Shown: positions 29,082-38,325 of the stretch, piece after piece
How positions within the stretch are numbered: position 1 is the first letter of the stretch
How the letters are laid out: each line of letters begins with the position of its first letter
NCBI GenBank assembly: GCA_963663385.2
Contig: CAXXXD010000002.1
Span: 64,001-128,000 of the forward strand
DNA length: 64,000 bases
Source of the DNA: Oceanispirochaeta sp.
Lineage (GTDB): Bacteria; Spirochaetota; Spirochaetia; DSM-2461
Reading direction: 5' to 3'
The notes under the pieces: generated by a model
Told to the model about the DNA's origin: nothing
Database searches by the model: none
Seen by the model: only the letters and a program-made list of their open reading frames with translations
Translations under genes and position numbers: made by a program

Positions 29082-29540
29082 ATGGAAAAACAATTGGCGC
29101 AAAAAGGTTCTGTTTCTGCTCTATTTATCAGCCGGGAGAAAGGGCAGTCCCGGGAACGCATTGAATCCGGCTTCTTCCGGCAGGATCACGGTCTGGAGGG
29201 AGACTCCTGGTCGGCTCCGGGAGAAAGGCAGGTTGTTCTGCTTTCAAAGGAGAGACGGGATGCGGTTACGGAGGATTCCCGGGTAGGACTCTGCTATAAT
29301 CGTTTTCATGAAACCCTTCAGTTTACCGGCCTGCCGCTGGAAGAGGCGGAAACGGGAACACGCTTCCGGGCGGGAGAGGCTCTTCTGGAAATTACCCGTA
29401 CGGGTAAACGCTGCTTCCCCGAATGTAAAATCGTCCGGTCCGGTGCTGTCTGCCCCCTGAAAAAAGGGGCGGTCTTTGCCCGTGTTCTCGAGTCCGGAAG
29501 AATCGCTGCGGGTGATCCGGTGGCCCTGGAAGAAGAGTGA
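29082..29540 (+). CDS. MOSC-domain protein
   Basis: HGLEGD, RQVVLL, F.E.L, LEIT..GKRC...C, GAVFARVLESGRI..GD. Confidence 0.82.
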   Translation: MEKQLAQKGSVSALFISREKGQSRERIESGFFRQDHGLEGDSWSAPGERQVVLLSKERRDAVTEDSRVGLCYNRFHETLQFTGLPLEEAETGTRFRAGEALLEITRTGKRCFPECKIVRSGAVCPLKKGAVFARVLESGRIAAGDPVALEEE

Positions 29541-29562
29541 AGGGTGCCTGTTCGGATTTCTC

Positions 29563-29591
29563 TTGACAATTTGTAAAAATGGTTTTAAGTT
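29563..29591 (+). promoter_or_regulatory. Putative sigma70 promoter of leader-ABC operon
   Basis: TTGACA-N17-TAAGTT. Confidence 0.7.
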
Positions 29592-29622
29592 TATTAAAAA
29601 TTATCTGAAGGAGACGTATTTG

Positions 29623-29706
29623 ATGTTTAATTTTATGGCAGTGCTTATCGCTGAAATATCCATACGGGATAGCTATGTACCAAATGCGTCTGCGTTTCCA
29701 GTCTGA
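29623..29706 (+). CDS. Putative 27-aa leader peptide MFNFMAVLIAEISIRDSYVPNASAFPV
   Basis: SD AAGGAG at 29608-29613; lies between the promoter and an intrinsic terminator. Confidence 0.65.
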   Translation: MFNFMAVLIAEISIRDSYVPNASAFPV

Positions 29707-29728
29707 TCTGAATCAATACTGAATATAC

Positions 29729-29763
29729 ACCGCAGACCATTCAGGGTCCTGCGGTTTTTTTTT
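29729..29763 (+). terminator. Attenuator terminator upstream of ABC exporter genes
   Basis: ACCGCAG-ACC-loop-GGT-C-CTGCGGT followed by a T run. Confidence 0.82.
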
Positions 29764-29836
29764 GCCCCGCCTTTTCTGCCGTGGCTCCGTCCGCCGGACT
29801 TCATTCCATGTCCCCGCCCTCAGGAGGGGCGGCATT

Positions 29837-31642
29837 ATGAGTATTCAAAAAAACAAGCCGAAAAAATCGGGATGGAATTCCTTACGGGGATTGTTTTCTC
29901 TGATAGGGGCCTCGAAGACCCTGTATATACTCTCTATTCTGGCGCTGGCCGTTACTGTAGCGCTTGAAATGAGCGGTTTTCTGGTTATCCGCCACGTGGT
30001 GGATAAAGTGATTATAATAAAAAAGGGAATAAAGCCGCTGGCTTTCTGGGCCGGGATTTTTCTTCTTGCTTCTCTGGGGAGGGGATTCTTCAGCTATCTT
30101 CACGGCAAGGGGAAAGCCCGCTGTGCCGAAACAGTTACCCGTCAGATCAGAAACGGGCTTTATGATCATATGCAGAGGCTTTCCTTCTCCTATCATGATC
30201 GTTCCCAGACGGGAGAACTGGTTCAGAGAGCCACCAGTGATGTGGATGAAATCCGCCGGTTTTTTGCGGAACAGATTCCGGCTGTCTGCCAGATCCTTTT
30301 TCAGTTCTCTATCAATCTGGCAATTCTCCTTTTTCTGGAGTGGCGGCTGGCTTTGCTCTCTATCATTATTGTTCCTGTTGTAGGGGGGATCTCAAGCTGG
30401 TTTTTCTTCCGGATCTTTGAAGCCTATGACAGCTTTCAGGATCAGGAAGGGCATATGACTGCCCGTATTCAGGAAAATCTCTCCGGAATCCGTGTGGTCC
30501 GGGCATTCGCCCGTCAGAAATGGGAGATTGAGCAATTTCGCGAGATAAACAGAGAACAGCTGAAAAGGGGGTTGAAACTGACCTGGTGGAATAGTTTCTA
30601 CTGGCCCTTCGGTCATATCCTCTGCGGTCTGCAGTTCTGTCTGACCCTTCTGATCGGCGGGTATATGGCTATTGATGGAGCCATTTCCCCGGGAACCTTT
30701 ATTGCCTTCTCCAGTCTTGTCAACTCTCTTATCTGGCCCATGCAGGAGCTGGGCCGGACTATGGCGGAGCTTTCAAAAAGTCATGTCTCCTACCAGAGAA
30801 TACGGGTGATTCTGGACGAAGAACAGGAGGATCTGATTTCCGGGAACTCTTCGGATGAAATCCATCTCAAAGGCGATCTGGAGTTTAAAAAAGTGAAGTT
30901 CGGCTATACTGAGAATCTGCCGGTTCTGCAGGATATCAGTTTCAGTTGTCCCCGTGGAAGTAAAATCGCCCTTCTGGGAACCACCGGATCAGGGAAGACG
31001 ACCCTGGTCAATCTGCTGCCCCGTTTCTACGATTATACGGGGGGCGAAATCCTGCTGGACGGGGAACCTCTGAAAAATTACAGCCGGCATATGCTGAGGC
31101 GGCAGATCGGCATCGTCGAACAGGAACCTTTTCTTTTCTCCATGACAGTCAGGGAGAATCTGACCTATTCAGTGGATAGAAAAGTCTCGCAGGAAGAGGT
31201 GGAAGCTGCCGCGAAGGCCGCATCGATTCATCATTCCATTCTATCATTCCCGGAAGGGTATGACACCATGGTGGGAGAGAAAGGTGTCAGTCTTTCGGGA
31301 GGGCAGAAGCAGAGAATCGCCATTGCCAGGACTCTTCTGAAGGATCCCCGCATCCTGATTCTGGATGATTCCACTTCTGCGGTTGATGCGGATACGGAAG
31401 CCAGGATTAAAAAGGCCATGAATGGACTGATGAAAAACAGGACAACCTTCCTGATAGCCCATAGAATCCAGACCCTTAAGCAGGCGGATACCATACTGGT
31501 TCTGGATAAGGGCCGGATTGTTCAGCAGGGGAGCCATGAAGAGCTTATCCGCAGGGACGGTTTCTATAAGGACGTGTTCAGACTGCAGACCCGTATGGAA
31601 GAGGAACTGCAGGAAGAACTGCAAGCGGCAGGAGCCGTATAG
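29837..31642 (+). CDS. Heterodimeric ABC exporter subunit (degenerate Walker B)
   Basis: 6-TM domain, GTTGSGKT, LSGGQKQR, ILDDSTS (D in place of catalytic E); SD AGGAGG. Confidence 0.92.
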   Translation: MSIQKNKPKKSGWNSLRGLFSLIGASKTLYILSILALAVTVALEMSGFLVIRHVVDKVIIIKKGIKPLAFWAGIFLLASLGRGFFSYLHGKGKARCAETVTRQIRNGLYDHMQRLSFSYHDRSQTGELVQRATSDVDEIRRFFAEQIPAVCQILFQFSINLAILLFLEWRLALLSIIIVPVVGGISSWFFFRIFEAYDSFQDQEGHMTARIQENLSGIRVVRAFARQKWEIEQFREINREQLKRGLKLTWWNSFYWPFGHILCGLQFCLTLLIGGYMAIDGAISPGTFIAFSSLVNSLIWPMQELGRTMAELSKSHVSYQRIRVILDEEQEDLISGNSSDEIHLKGDLEFKKVKFGYTENLPVLQDISFSCPRGSKIALLGTTGSGKTTLVNLLPRFYDYTGGEILLDGEPLKNYSRHMLRRQIGIVEQEPFLFSMTVRENLTYSVDRKVSQEEVEAAAKAASIHHSILSFPEGYDTMVGEKGVSLSGGQKQRIAIARTLLKDPRILILDDSTSAVDADTEARIKKAMNGLMKNRTTFLIAHRIQTLKQADTILVLDKGRIVQQGSHEELIRRDGFYKDVFRLQTRMEEELQEELQAAGAV

Positions 31643-31652
31643 AGGAAAAAAC

Positions 31653-33458
31653 ATGAGTACTGCATATATAAACGACAATCTGGAAAAAAGGGCCTATAAG
31701 GGAAATCTGGACAGTAAAACCCTTATACGTATTCTGGCCCAGACTAAACCCCATTTTATTCTTATGGCGGGTTTTCTTTTTTTTATCTTTGTTACGGCTT
31801 TTGTTGATGCCCTTGGAACCTATCTGACACGCTATATTATCGATGATGGTATCCTGGCCGGGGATACGGAAGCTCTCTGGCGCTATACGATGTACCAGGT
31901 GCTGTGTTTTTCTGTGAACAGCGTCAGCATATTCGGTTTCATTTATTGCGCCGATAAGCTGGGGCAGCAGTTACAGTTTGATCTGAGGGAGAAGCTGTTC
32001 AACCATTTACAGGGGCTCTCCTTCTCCTTCTTTGACAGGGTTTCCAGCGGTTGGCTGCTGTCCCGGATGACAAGTGATACAAGGCGGATTTCCGAACTGG
32101 CCAGCTGGATGCTGGTGGACTCTATCTGGGGCGTTACAAATATACTGGTCTCTCTTGTTTTCATGGCTATTATAAACTGGAAACTGGCTATCCTGATGCT
32201 TGTTATCCTGCCCCTGCTGGCTGTGGCTGCCGTCAAATTCAAGGGACGGATAATCAGGGAATACCGAAAGGTCCGTTCCATAAATTCCAGAATCACCACC
32301 GCCTACAATGAAAGTATTAATGGGGTGCGGGTTGTAAAAGCGCTGACCCGGGAGAAAAGGAATCTGAATCAGTTCGGCGGTCTGTCGGGTGAAATGTTCA
32401 GAGCCTCTTTCAGAGCAGGCTGGCTGTCTTCCCTTTTTCTCCCTATTGTTCAGCTTATAACGTCCTTCGCTTTGGGGGGGATCATCCTTTACGGCGGATG
32501 GGAAATCAATCTGGGAAGAATGACGATCGGCGGTCTCAGGGCTTTTGTCGGTTATATAACCTTTATGCTCTGGCCCATACAGGAGATGGCCCGGGTTTTC
32601 AGCGAGATGCAGCAGGCTATCGCCAGTGCCGAGAGGGTCTTTTCCCTGCTTGATCTGGAAGCGGATATCCAGGATAGGGAGGGCGCTCTTAAAAAGGCTT
32701 CCTTCCGGGGTGATGTGGAAATACGGGATGTATCCTTCCATTACAGGGAGAATGCGCCGGTGCTGAAGAACTTCTCTCTGAATGTAAAAGCCGGTGAGAC
32801 TGTTGCGATTGTCGGCCCTACAGGCGGGGGGAAAACAACCCTTGTCAGTCTGATCTCACGCTACTATGAACCGGTAAAGGGACAGATCCTCCTTGACGGC
32901 AGAGATTACCGGGAGTTCTCTCAGAGCGCTCTGCAGTCCCGTATCGGAGTTGTTCTGCAAAAACCCCATCTCTTTTCCGGAACGGTCAGGGATAATCTTC
33001 TCTACGGCCGCCCCGATGCGGAAGAGGCCGATCTTCTGGAAGCGGCCCGTATCGCCTGTGCAGACGAGATGATCCGGCAGCTGCCGAACGGCTATGACGA
33101 AACCGTAGGGGAAGAGGGGACCCTTCTGTCTGTGGGACAGAAGCAGCTGATTTCCCTGGCAAGAACCATCCTGGCCGATCCGGATATTATAATTATGGAT
33201 GAAGCTACCAGCTCCATCGATACCAGAACAGAGCAGAATATACAGACGGGACTGGAACACCTCCTTACAGGACGAACCAGTTTTATCATTGCCCACAGGC
33301 TGTCCACTATCCGTAACGCCGATCGGATTCTGGTTGTGGAGAATGGCAGGATCCGGGAAGAAGGGAATCACTCATCGCTTCTCCGTCAGAAAGGGCATTA
33401 TTACAGCCTTTACACCAGTCAGTTCCGCAAGGACCATACTTCACTTTTGCTGAGCTGA
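31653..33458 (+). CDS. Heterodimeric ABC exporter subunit (consensus Walker B, degenerate signature)
   Basis: 6-TM domain, GPTGGGKT, LSVGQKQ, IMDEATS, IAHRLST. Confidence 0.92.
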   Translation: MSTAYINDNLEKRAYKGNLDSKTLIRILAQTKPHFILMAGFLFFIFVTAFVDALGTYLTRYIIDDGILAGDTEALWRYTMYQVLCFSVNSVSIFGFIYCADKLGQQLQFDLREKLFNHLQGLSFSFFDRVSSGWLLSRMTSDTRRISELASWMLVDSIWGVTNILVSLVFMAIINWKLAILMLVILPLLAVAAVKFKGRIIREYRKVRSINSRITTAYNESINGVRVVKALTREKRNLNQFGGLSGEMFRASFRAGWLSSLFLPIVQLITSFALGGIILYGGWEINLGRMTIGGLRAFVGYITFMLWPIQEMARVFSEMQQAIASAERVFSLLDLEADIQDREGALKKASFRGDVEIRDVSFHYRENAPVLKNFSLNVKAGETVAIVGPTGGGKTTLVSLISRYYEPVKGQILLDGRDYREFSQSALQSRIGVVLQKPHLFSGTVRDNLLYGRPDAEEADLLEAARIACADEMIRQLPNGYDETVGEEGTLLSVGQKQLISLARTILADPDIIIMDEATSSIDTRTEQNIQTGLEHLLTGRTSFIIAHRLSTIRNADRILVVENGRIREEGNHSSLLRQKGHYYSLYTSQFRKDHTSLLLS

Positions 33459-33474
33459 TCCGGATTGAGCCCAT

Positions 33475-33519
33475 AAGGGATGGTAAAAAAAATTGCTGTT
33501 TTTTTATCATCCCTTTTTT
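33475..33519 (+). terminator. Intrinsic terminator of ABC operon; target hairpin of the IIC intron
   Basis: AAGGGATGGTAAAAAAA / TTTTTTTATCATCCCTT stem followed by Ts. Confidence 0.8.
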
Positions 33520-33524
33520 ATTTG

Positions 33525-35513
33525 GTACGCCCGACATGGCTGTACGCTAATGAGGTGAAAGTCCTCTACAGGTGCCCACGTATAGTGAACATGCTATACC
33601 AACTGTTAGCTGAAGGCAAGGGCATTTCCGCGAGGGAATGTCTGGAGGAAGCCGGAATGCAAAACCGGGAGCCCATGTACAAGAATGTGATAGAAGGCTC
33701 AGTTCCAGAGGCGAGTCAGCCAATGATGACGATGCCCCGTGGGTATGGAATAGGGTAAATCACAGGGTTGTCCGGGGACAGTGTACAGTCTTATTCGGGG
33801 AGATCTGTCTGCGGGGCGGTAATGTGTTCTTTTAAACTGAGAATCCGGTAGGGAACCGGAAAACCAATCCCCGGCTTTTCAGAGGGTGACACTCTGGAAA
33901 TGAGCAAGATTATCTTGAGTACAAATAAGTCGTCACAGGTTTAAAAGCACGGTATAGCATCAACGGGAGCAATCTCGTTGATTAGCAGGCAGAAGTCAGC
34001 AGAAGGCATAGTAACCAACGCCCGGAGTAATGTCCGGTTCACGGTGAAGGCCTGAACATTTCACAAGGAGGAGCCTTATGGTTCTCAAAGGAACAATTTT
34101 AGCACTGGCCGAAATAACTTTTGGCGAATTATGGAGAAACCAGCCTTGAACGATTCTATGATGGATTTGATTTTATCATCTGAAAACATGCGTAAGGCCT
34201 GGAAACAGGTCAAACGCAATGGCGGCAGTCCGGGAGTCAATGGCATGACTATTGAGAAATTTCCGGAATATCTACGCAGAAGATGGAGTAAAATCAAGCA
34301 AGCTTTGCTTTTGGGGTACTATGTACCCTCTCCGGTGCTCAGGGTGGAAATCCCCAAGAGATCCGGAGGTATGCGAATGCTGGGTATTCCCACTATTTTA
34401 GACAGGGTTATCCAACAGGCTATTTCACAGGTTTTGAATCCTCTATTCGATTCGGATTTTTCGGAAAGCAGTTTTGGATTCAGGCCGGGAAGATCGGCTC
34501 ACGGAGCAGTACGACAGGTAAATACCTATGTTAAATCGGGATACAAGTATGCAGTTGATCTGGACTTGGAAAAGTTCTTTGATACGGTAAATCACGATAT
34601 TCTGATGCATTGTGTGGCTAAGAAAGTCCGGGACAAATCAGTCCTGAAATTGATTGGCCGCTACCTGAGAGCCGGTATTATGGACAAGGAGGGGATTAAA
34701 ATCCCTACTGAAATCGGGACTCCTCAAGGAGGCCCGTTATCACCTCTACTTTCCAATATCCTTCTTGATAATTTCGATAAGGAGTTGGAACGGAGAAACC
34801 TGTGCTTTGCACGTTACGCAGATGATGCATTAATTGTATCAAAACGCCTGTGTGATGGAAAAGCTATATTGACTGAAATAAGTGATTATCTCAGTCGCAG
34901 GTTAAAATTGGTTGTAAACCAGAAGAAAAGCAAGGTGTGTAAAATCTCCGAATGCAGTTTTCTGGGATTCACTTTCAAGGGTAAGAAAATCCGATGGACT
35001 GAATCATCCTTTCGGGAGTTTCAATATCAGTTAAAGCATTTGACAAGACGGTCTTGGGGGGTATCAATGGAATATCGATTCCGGAAACTTAACGAGTATA
35101 TCCGGGGGTGGATGAACTATTATGGTATTTCCCAATATTACAGACCTCTACAATCAATTGATGAATGGCTGAGAAGAAGAATCCGTATGTGCTACTGGAA
35201 ACAGTGGCGTTACCCCAGAACAAAAGTCAGGAAACTGATGGAGCTGGGTATTCCGAAAGATTTTGCCATTATGACAGGAGCAAGTAGTAAGTCCTACTGG
35301 CATCTGTCAAAAGGCTATGCAACCAATGCCGCTATGTCCAATAAATGGTTGGAAGAGCAAGGATTGATCAATATTAAGGCCCTCTGGTGTAAAATCCAGG
35401 GCTACACATGATCAAATTATAGTTTCGTTTGCTCCATGGAGTGAACCGCCCTGTGCGGACCCGCATGCAGGGTGGTGTGGGGGCTGGAGGTTAAAAGCCT
35501 CCGGCTACCCGAT
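33525..35513 (+). mobile_element. Group II intron, class IIC
   Basis: 5' end GTACGCCCGACATGG just after a terminator; domain V ACCGCCCTGTGCGGACCCGCATGCAGGGTGGT (CGC triad, 35445-35476); domain VI GGAGG..CCTCC..CTACCCGAT 3' end; internal RT ORF. Confidence 0.92.
34131..35411 (+). CDS. ltrA: Group II intron reverse transcriptase/maturase without endonuclease domain (start uncertain)
   Basis: IPKRSGGMRMLGIPT, SFGFRPGRS, DLEKFFD, GTPQGGPLSPLL, RYADD, FLGF, IRGWMNYY. Confidence 0.93.
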   Translation: MEKPALNDSMMDLILSSENMRKAWKQVKRNGGSPGVNGMTIEKFPEYLRRRWSKIKQALLLGYYVPSPVLRVEIPKRSGGMRMLGIPTILDRVIQQAISQVLNPLFDSDFSESSFGFRPGRSAHGAVRQVNTYVKSGYKYAVDLDLEKFFDTVNHDILMHCVAKKVRDKSVLKLIGRYLRAGIMDKEGIKIPTEIGTPQGGPLSPLLSNILLDNFDKELERRNLCFARYADDALIVSKRLCDGKAILTEISDYLSRRLKLVVNQKKSKVCKISECSFLGFTFKGKKIRWTESSFREFQYQLKHLTRRSWGVSMEYRFRKLNEYIRGWMNYYGISQYYRPLQSIDEWLRRRIRMCYWKQWRYPRTKVRKLMELGIPKDFAIMTGASSKSYWHLSKGYATNAAMSNKWLEEQGLINIKALWCKIQGYT

Positions 35514-35590
35514 TACATTAATCATCCTGACCTTATAATTTACGTTACTGTTATTAGGGAAAACCGCATATATAGGGAGATCTCCTGTTG

Positions 35591-37162
35591 ATGGAACCGG
35601 ATAAAAAACGGAAAAGTGTCCAGCACAAAATACTGGTCCGTTCACTTCTCTATTTTATTTTTATGCTTACCCTGTCTCTGATCATCGTCTGCGGATTCTC
35701 TCTGTTAGCCCGTTCAAGAACTCTCAGGGAATATAAAATAAAGGCCATGTCTCAGCTGGAGTATCAAAGCGGTCTTATTCAGAATCATTTTCAGTCTGTC
35801 CGTTCCGATATCCTTTTTCTCCCCCGGTTGAATGAAATGATAAGGTACAGGGATGTGAACAATGACGTTGACAGGCGGTATATTGAGCAGGAATTTCTGG
35901 AGTTCACCAGAAGCAAAATGGTGTATGACCAGATCCGTTTTTTAGACCGGTCAGGTATGGAACAGGTTCGGATCAATTTTAACAATGGTTCTCCCTCTAT
36001 TGTCGAAGAAGAGGATCTGCAGGATAAAAGTGACCGATACTATTTTAGAGATTCCATTAAACAGGCCGAAGGGGATGTCTACATTTCTCCTTTTGACCTG
36101 AATAAAGAGTATGGAAAAATAGAACTGCCCTATAACCCTATGATACGTTTCGGAACGCCCCTGTTTGACAGTCAGGGGGAGATTGCCGGTGTTATCATCC
36201 TGTACTACCTGGGGGATACCATGCTGGAAGATCTTCGAACAGCCAACAGGAATTATCCGGGAAGTTTCTTTTTACTGAATATGAATGGGTATTGGCTTTT
36301 CAGTGATAAGAGGGAGGATGAATGGGGGTTTATGTTTCCGGATCGTCAAAATCTGACCCTCTCCGAAAGAGATCCAGTGGTATGGGAAAAAGTCTCCGGT
36401 TCAACAAAAACACAGTTTGTACAGGATGACGTACTGGTTTCATCCCTGATTCTGACTCCCTTTCCGGATATCTGCTGCCATACCCAGGAAAGAAGCTGGA
36501 TACTGATGAATACCATTATCCTGGATGAGATGGGAATAAGCGGCCATTTTATGGACTCCAATTTGAGTTATATAGTCCTTATCATTGTCTTTCTCTGTGC
36601 TGTTTTCTCCCTCCTTCTAGGAAAAACAATCATACATAAAAATCTGTACCGGGAAGCACTGATCACCTCTGCCCTGTATGATAACCTGACCGGACTCCCG
36701 AACCGGAAGCTATTGAATGAACGGGCTCAGACGGCTCTTGAAAGCTCCAGACGCTACAGGCGGCATATGGCTCTAATCTTTATAGATCTGGACGGTTTTA
36801 AAGCCGTCAATGACTCCCTGGGACATGAAGCGGGGGACGAACTCCTCAAACAGGTGGGTGAGCGTATGATCAAGTCCGTACGGTCTGCCGATACGGTAGC
36901 CCGTTTTGGGGGAGATGAATTTATTATTCTTCTGTCGGAAGTGGGGGGAGCGGAAAGTTGTGAACCCATAGCCCGTAAAATTCTGGAGAACCTCTCAAGA
37001 GAATTTTCTCTGACTTTGGGACCGGTTACGATTGGGGGGAGTCTGGGTATTGTTGTTTCCGATCCGGAAAGTACTGACTCCCTGAAAACTCTTATACAGA
37101 AAGCTGATGCAGCTATGTATGATGTGAAAAACTCGGGAAAGAATAATTATATAATTGTCTGA
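35591..37162 (+). CDS. Cache-domain sensor diguanylate cyclase
   Basis: Two TMs flanking YDQIRFLD..G.E.VR and LQDKSDRYYF..YISPFDLN; DNLTGLPNR, RSAD, RFGGDEF. Confidence 0.9.
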   Translation: MEPDKKRKSVQHKILVRSLLYFIFMLTLSLIIVCGFSLLARSRTLREYKIKAMSQLEYQSGLIQNHFQSVRSDILFLPRLNEMIRYRDVNNDVDRRYIEQEFLEFTRSKMVYDQIRFLDRSGMEQVRINFNNGSPSIVEEEDLQDKSDRYYFRDSIKQAEGDVYISPFDLNKEYGKIELPYNPMIRFGTPLFDSQGEIAGVIILYYLGDTMLEDLRTANRNYPGSFFLLNMNGYWLFSDKREDEWGFMFPDRQNLTLSERDPVVWEKVSGSTKTQFVQDDVLVSSLILTPFPDICCHTQERSWILMNTIILDEMGISGHFMDSNLSYIVLIIVFLCAVFSLLLGKTIIHKNLYREALITSALYDNLTGLPNRKLLNERAQTALESSRRYRRHMALIFIDLDGFKAVNDSLGHEAGDELLKQVGERMIKSVRSADTVARFGGDEFIILLSEVGGAESCEPIARKILENLSREFSLTLGPVTIGGSLGIVVSDPESTDSLKTLIQKADAAMYDVKNSGKNNYIIV

Positions 37163-37165
37163 AGG

Positions 37166-38164
37166 TCAATCAACGATACGCATTTTTGTAGGTAAACGCA
37201 GTATTCTGGGCTTATCTTTAAGCCCCTTTATCCTCTGCATTAGGATATCCGCCGCCTTCTGCCCGATCTCTTCCATCGGCTGGGCTACGATAATGCTGGA
37301 ATAGGGGAAAAAAGCGGCCAGCGGCAGATCGTCAAAGGAGAGAATATGCAGGCCCTTTGCATCGATTCCGCTTTCCAGCAGATACCGGGCGGCTCCCAGG
37401 TGCATAAAATAGTTGGAAATAAATATATGCTGAGGGGGATTGGCATGCTCCATAAGGGTCCGCATCAGGACATACCCGCTTCGGCTGTGATAGTCTCCGA
37501 AAAGGACAATTGACTCATCCGGAGTAAGGCTGTTATCCTCCAGCGCTTTCATGTATCCCTTATAGCGTTCTTTGGCTGATGTCAGATTCATATCTCCGCC
37601 CAGAAATCCGATCCTGTCGGCCCCCTTGCTGATTGAGTACTGTACTGCCTCGTAGGTTCCCTTGTAGTTATCTGACAGGACCGCATCTGTATCAAAATCA
37701 TCAACAACCCGGTCCACCAGGACAATCGGTTTCCCTTCAAAAACTGAAAAATGCTCCCCCCGGCTGCTTCCGGGGATAATAATGGCGCCATCTACATTTT
37801 TCTCGTTGAGGAGCTCTATCTGCTCTTTCTCCTTTGATGTATCTTCACTAGAACTGCAGAGAATAACCGAGTATCCGTGCTTCTTCAGCTCTCTTTCAAT
37901 TCCGGTTACAATATTCATAAAAAAATCATTGCTGAACTCGGGAGCAATTATCCCTATGGTATGAGTCTTGTTTGTCTTTAAACTGCGGGCCACCTGATTC
38001 ATTCTGTATCCCAGTTTTCTGATGGAATCCCTTACGCTTTCGGCCGTATCCGCTTTTACCTTGGGATCCCCATTGAGTACCCTTGATACGGTAGCCGTGG
38101 AAACCCCCGCATGAAGGGCAACATCCTTTACTGTAACTGTATGACTTTTTCTATTCGTTTTCAA
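37166..38164 (-). CDS. LacI-family transcriptional regulator
   Basis: [31 protein letters not shown], sugar-binding domain; TTG start. Confidence 0.93.
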   Translation of the reverse strand: MKTNRKSHTVTVKDVALHAGVSTATVSRVLNGDPKVKADTAESVRDSIRKLGYRMNQVARSLKTNKTHTIGIIAPEFSNDFFMNIVTGIERELKKHGYSVILCSSSEDTSKEKEQIELLNEKNVDGAIIIPGSSRGEHFSVFEGKPIVLVDRVVDDFDTDAVLSDNYKGTYEAVQYSISKGADRIGFLGGDMNLTSAKERYKGYMKALEDNSLTPDESIVLFGDYHSRSGYVLMRTLMEHANPPQHIFISNYFMHLGAARYLLESGIDAKGLHILSFDDLPLAAFFPYSSIIVAQPMEEIGQKAADILMQRIKGLKDKPRILRLPTKMRIVD

Positions 38165-38270
38165 ATCGGACCTGCTTTTCTTTGAGAAGAATACGCATCA
38201 AACCCCGCCTTGGCAATCCTGTAAAAAATAATCTAAAGAAAAACCTTGCATCTTATCGGAAGCTATGTAA

Positions 38271-38290
38271 AAATGTAATCGATTACATTT
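38271..38290. promoter_or_regulatory. LacI-type operator (perfect 20-bp palindrome)
   Basis: AAATGTAATCGATTACATTT with central CG, between lacI and fucI. Confidence 0.8.
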
Positions 38291-38325
38291 ATTTTGTAAA
38301 GATTTTTTTTCAGGAGAGTGAAAAG

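Noticed and set aside
29762..29836. Upstream start extensions in the ORF track (also 1715, 5973, 13826, 31518, 38182, 44198)
   Set aside because: They overlap terminators, promoters or neighbouring genes; downstream ATGs fit SD or promoter positions and family N-termini better
33480..33835. 92-aa and 65-aa ORFs after the ABC operon
   Set aside because: They overlap the terminator and the intron ribozyme domains
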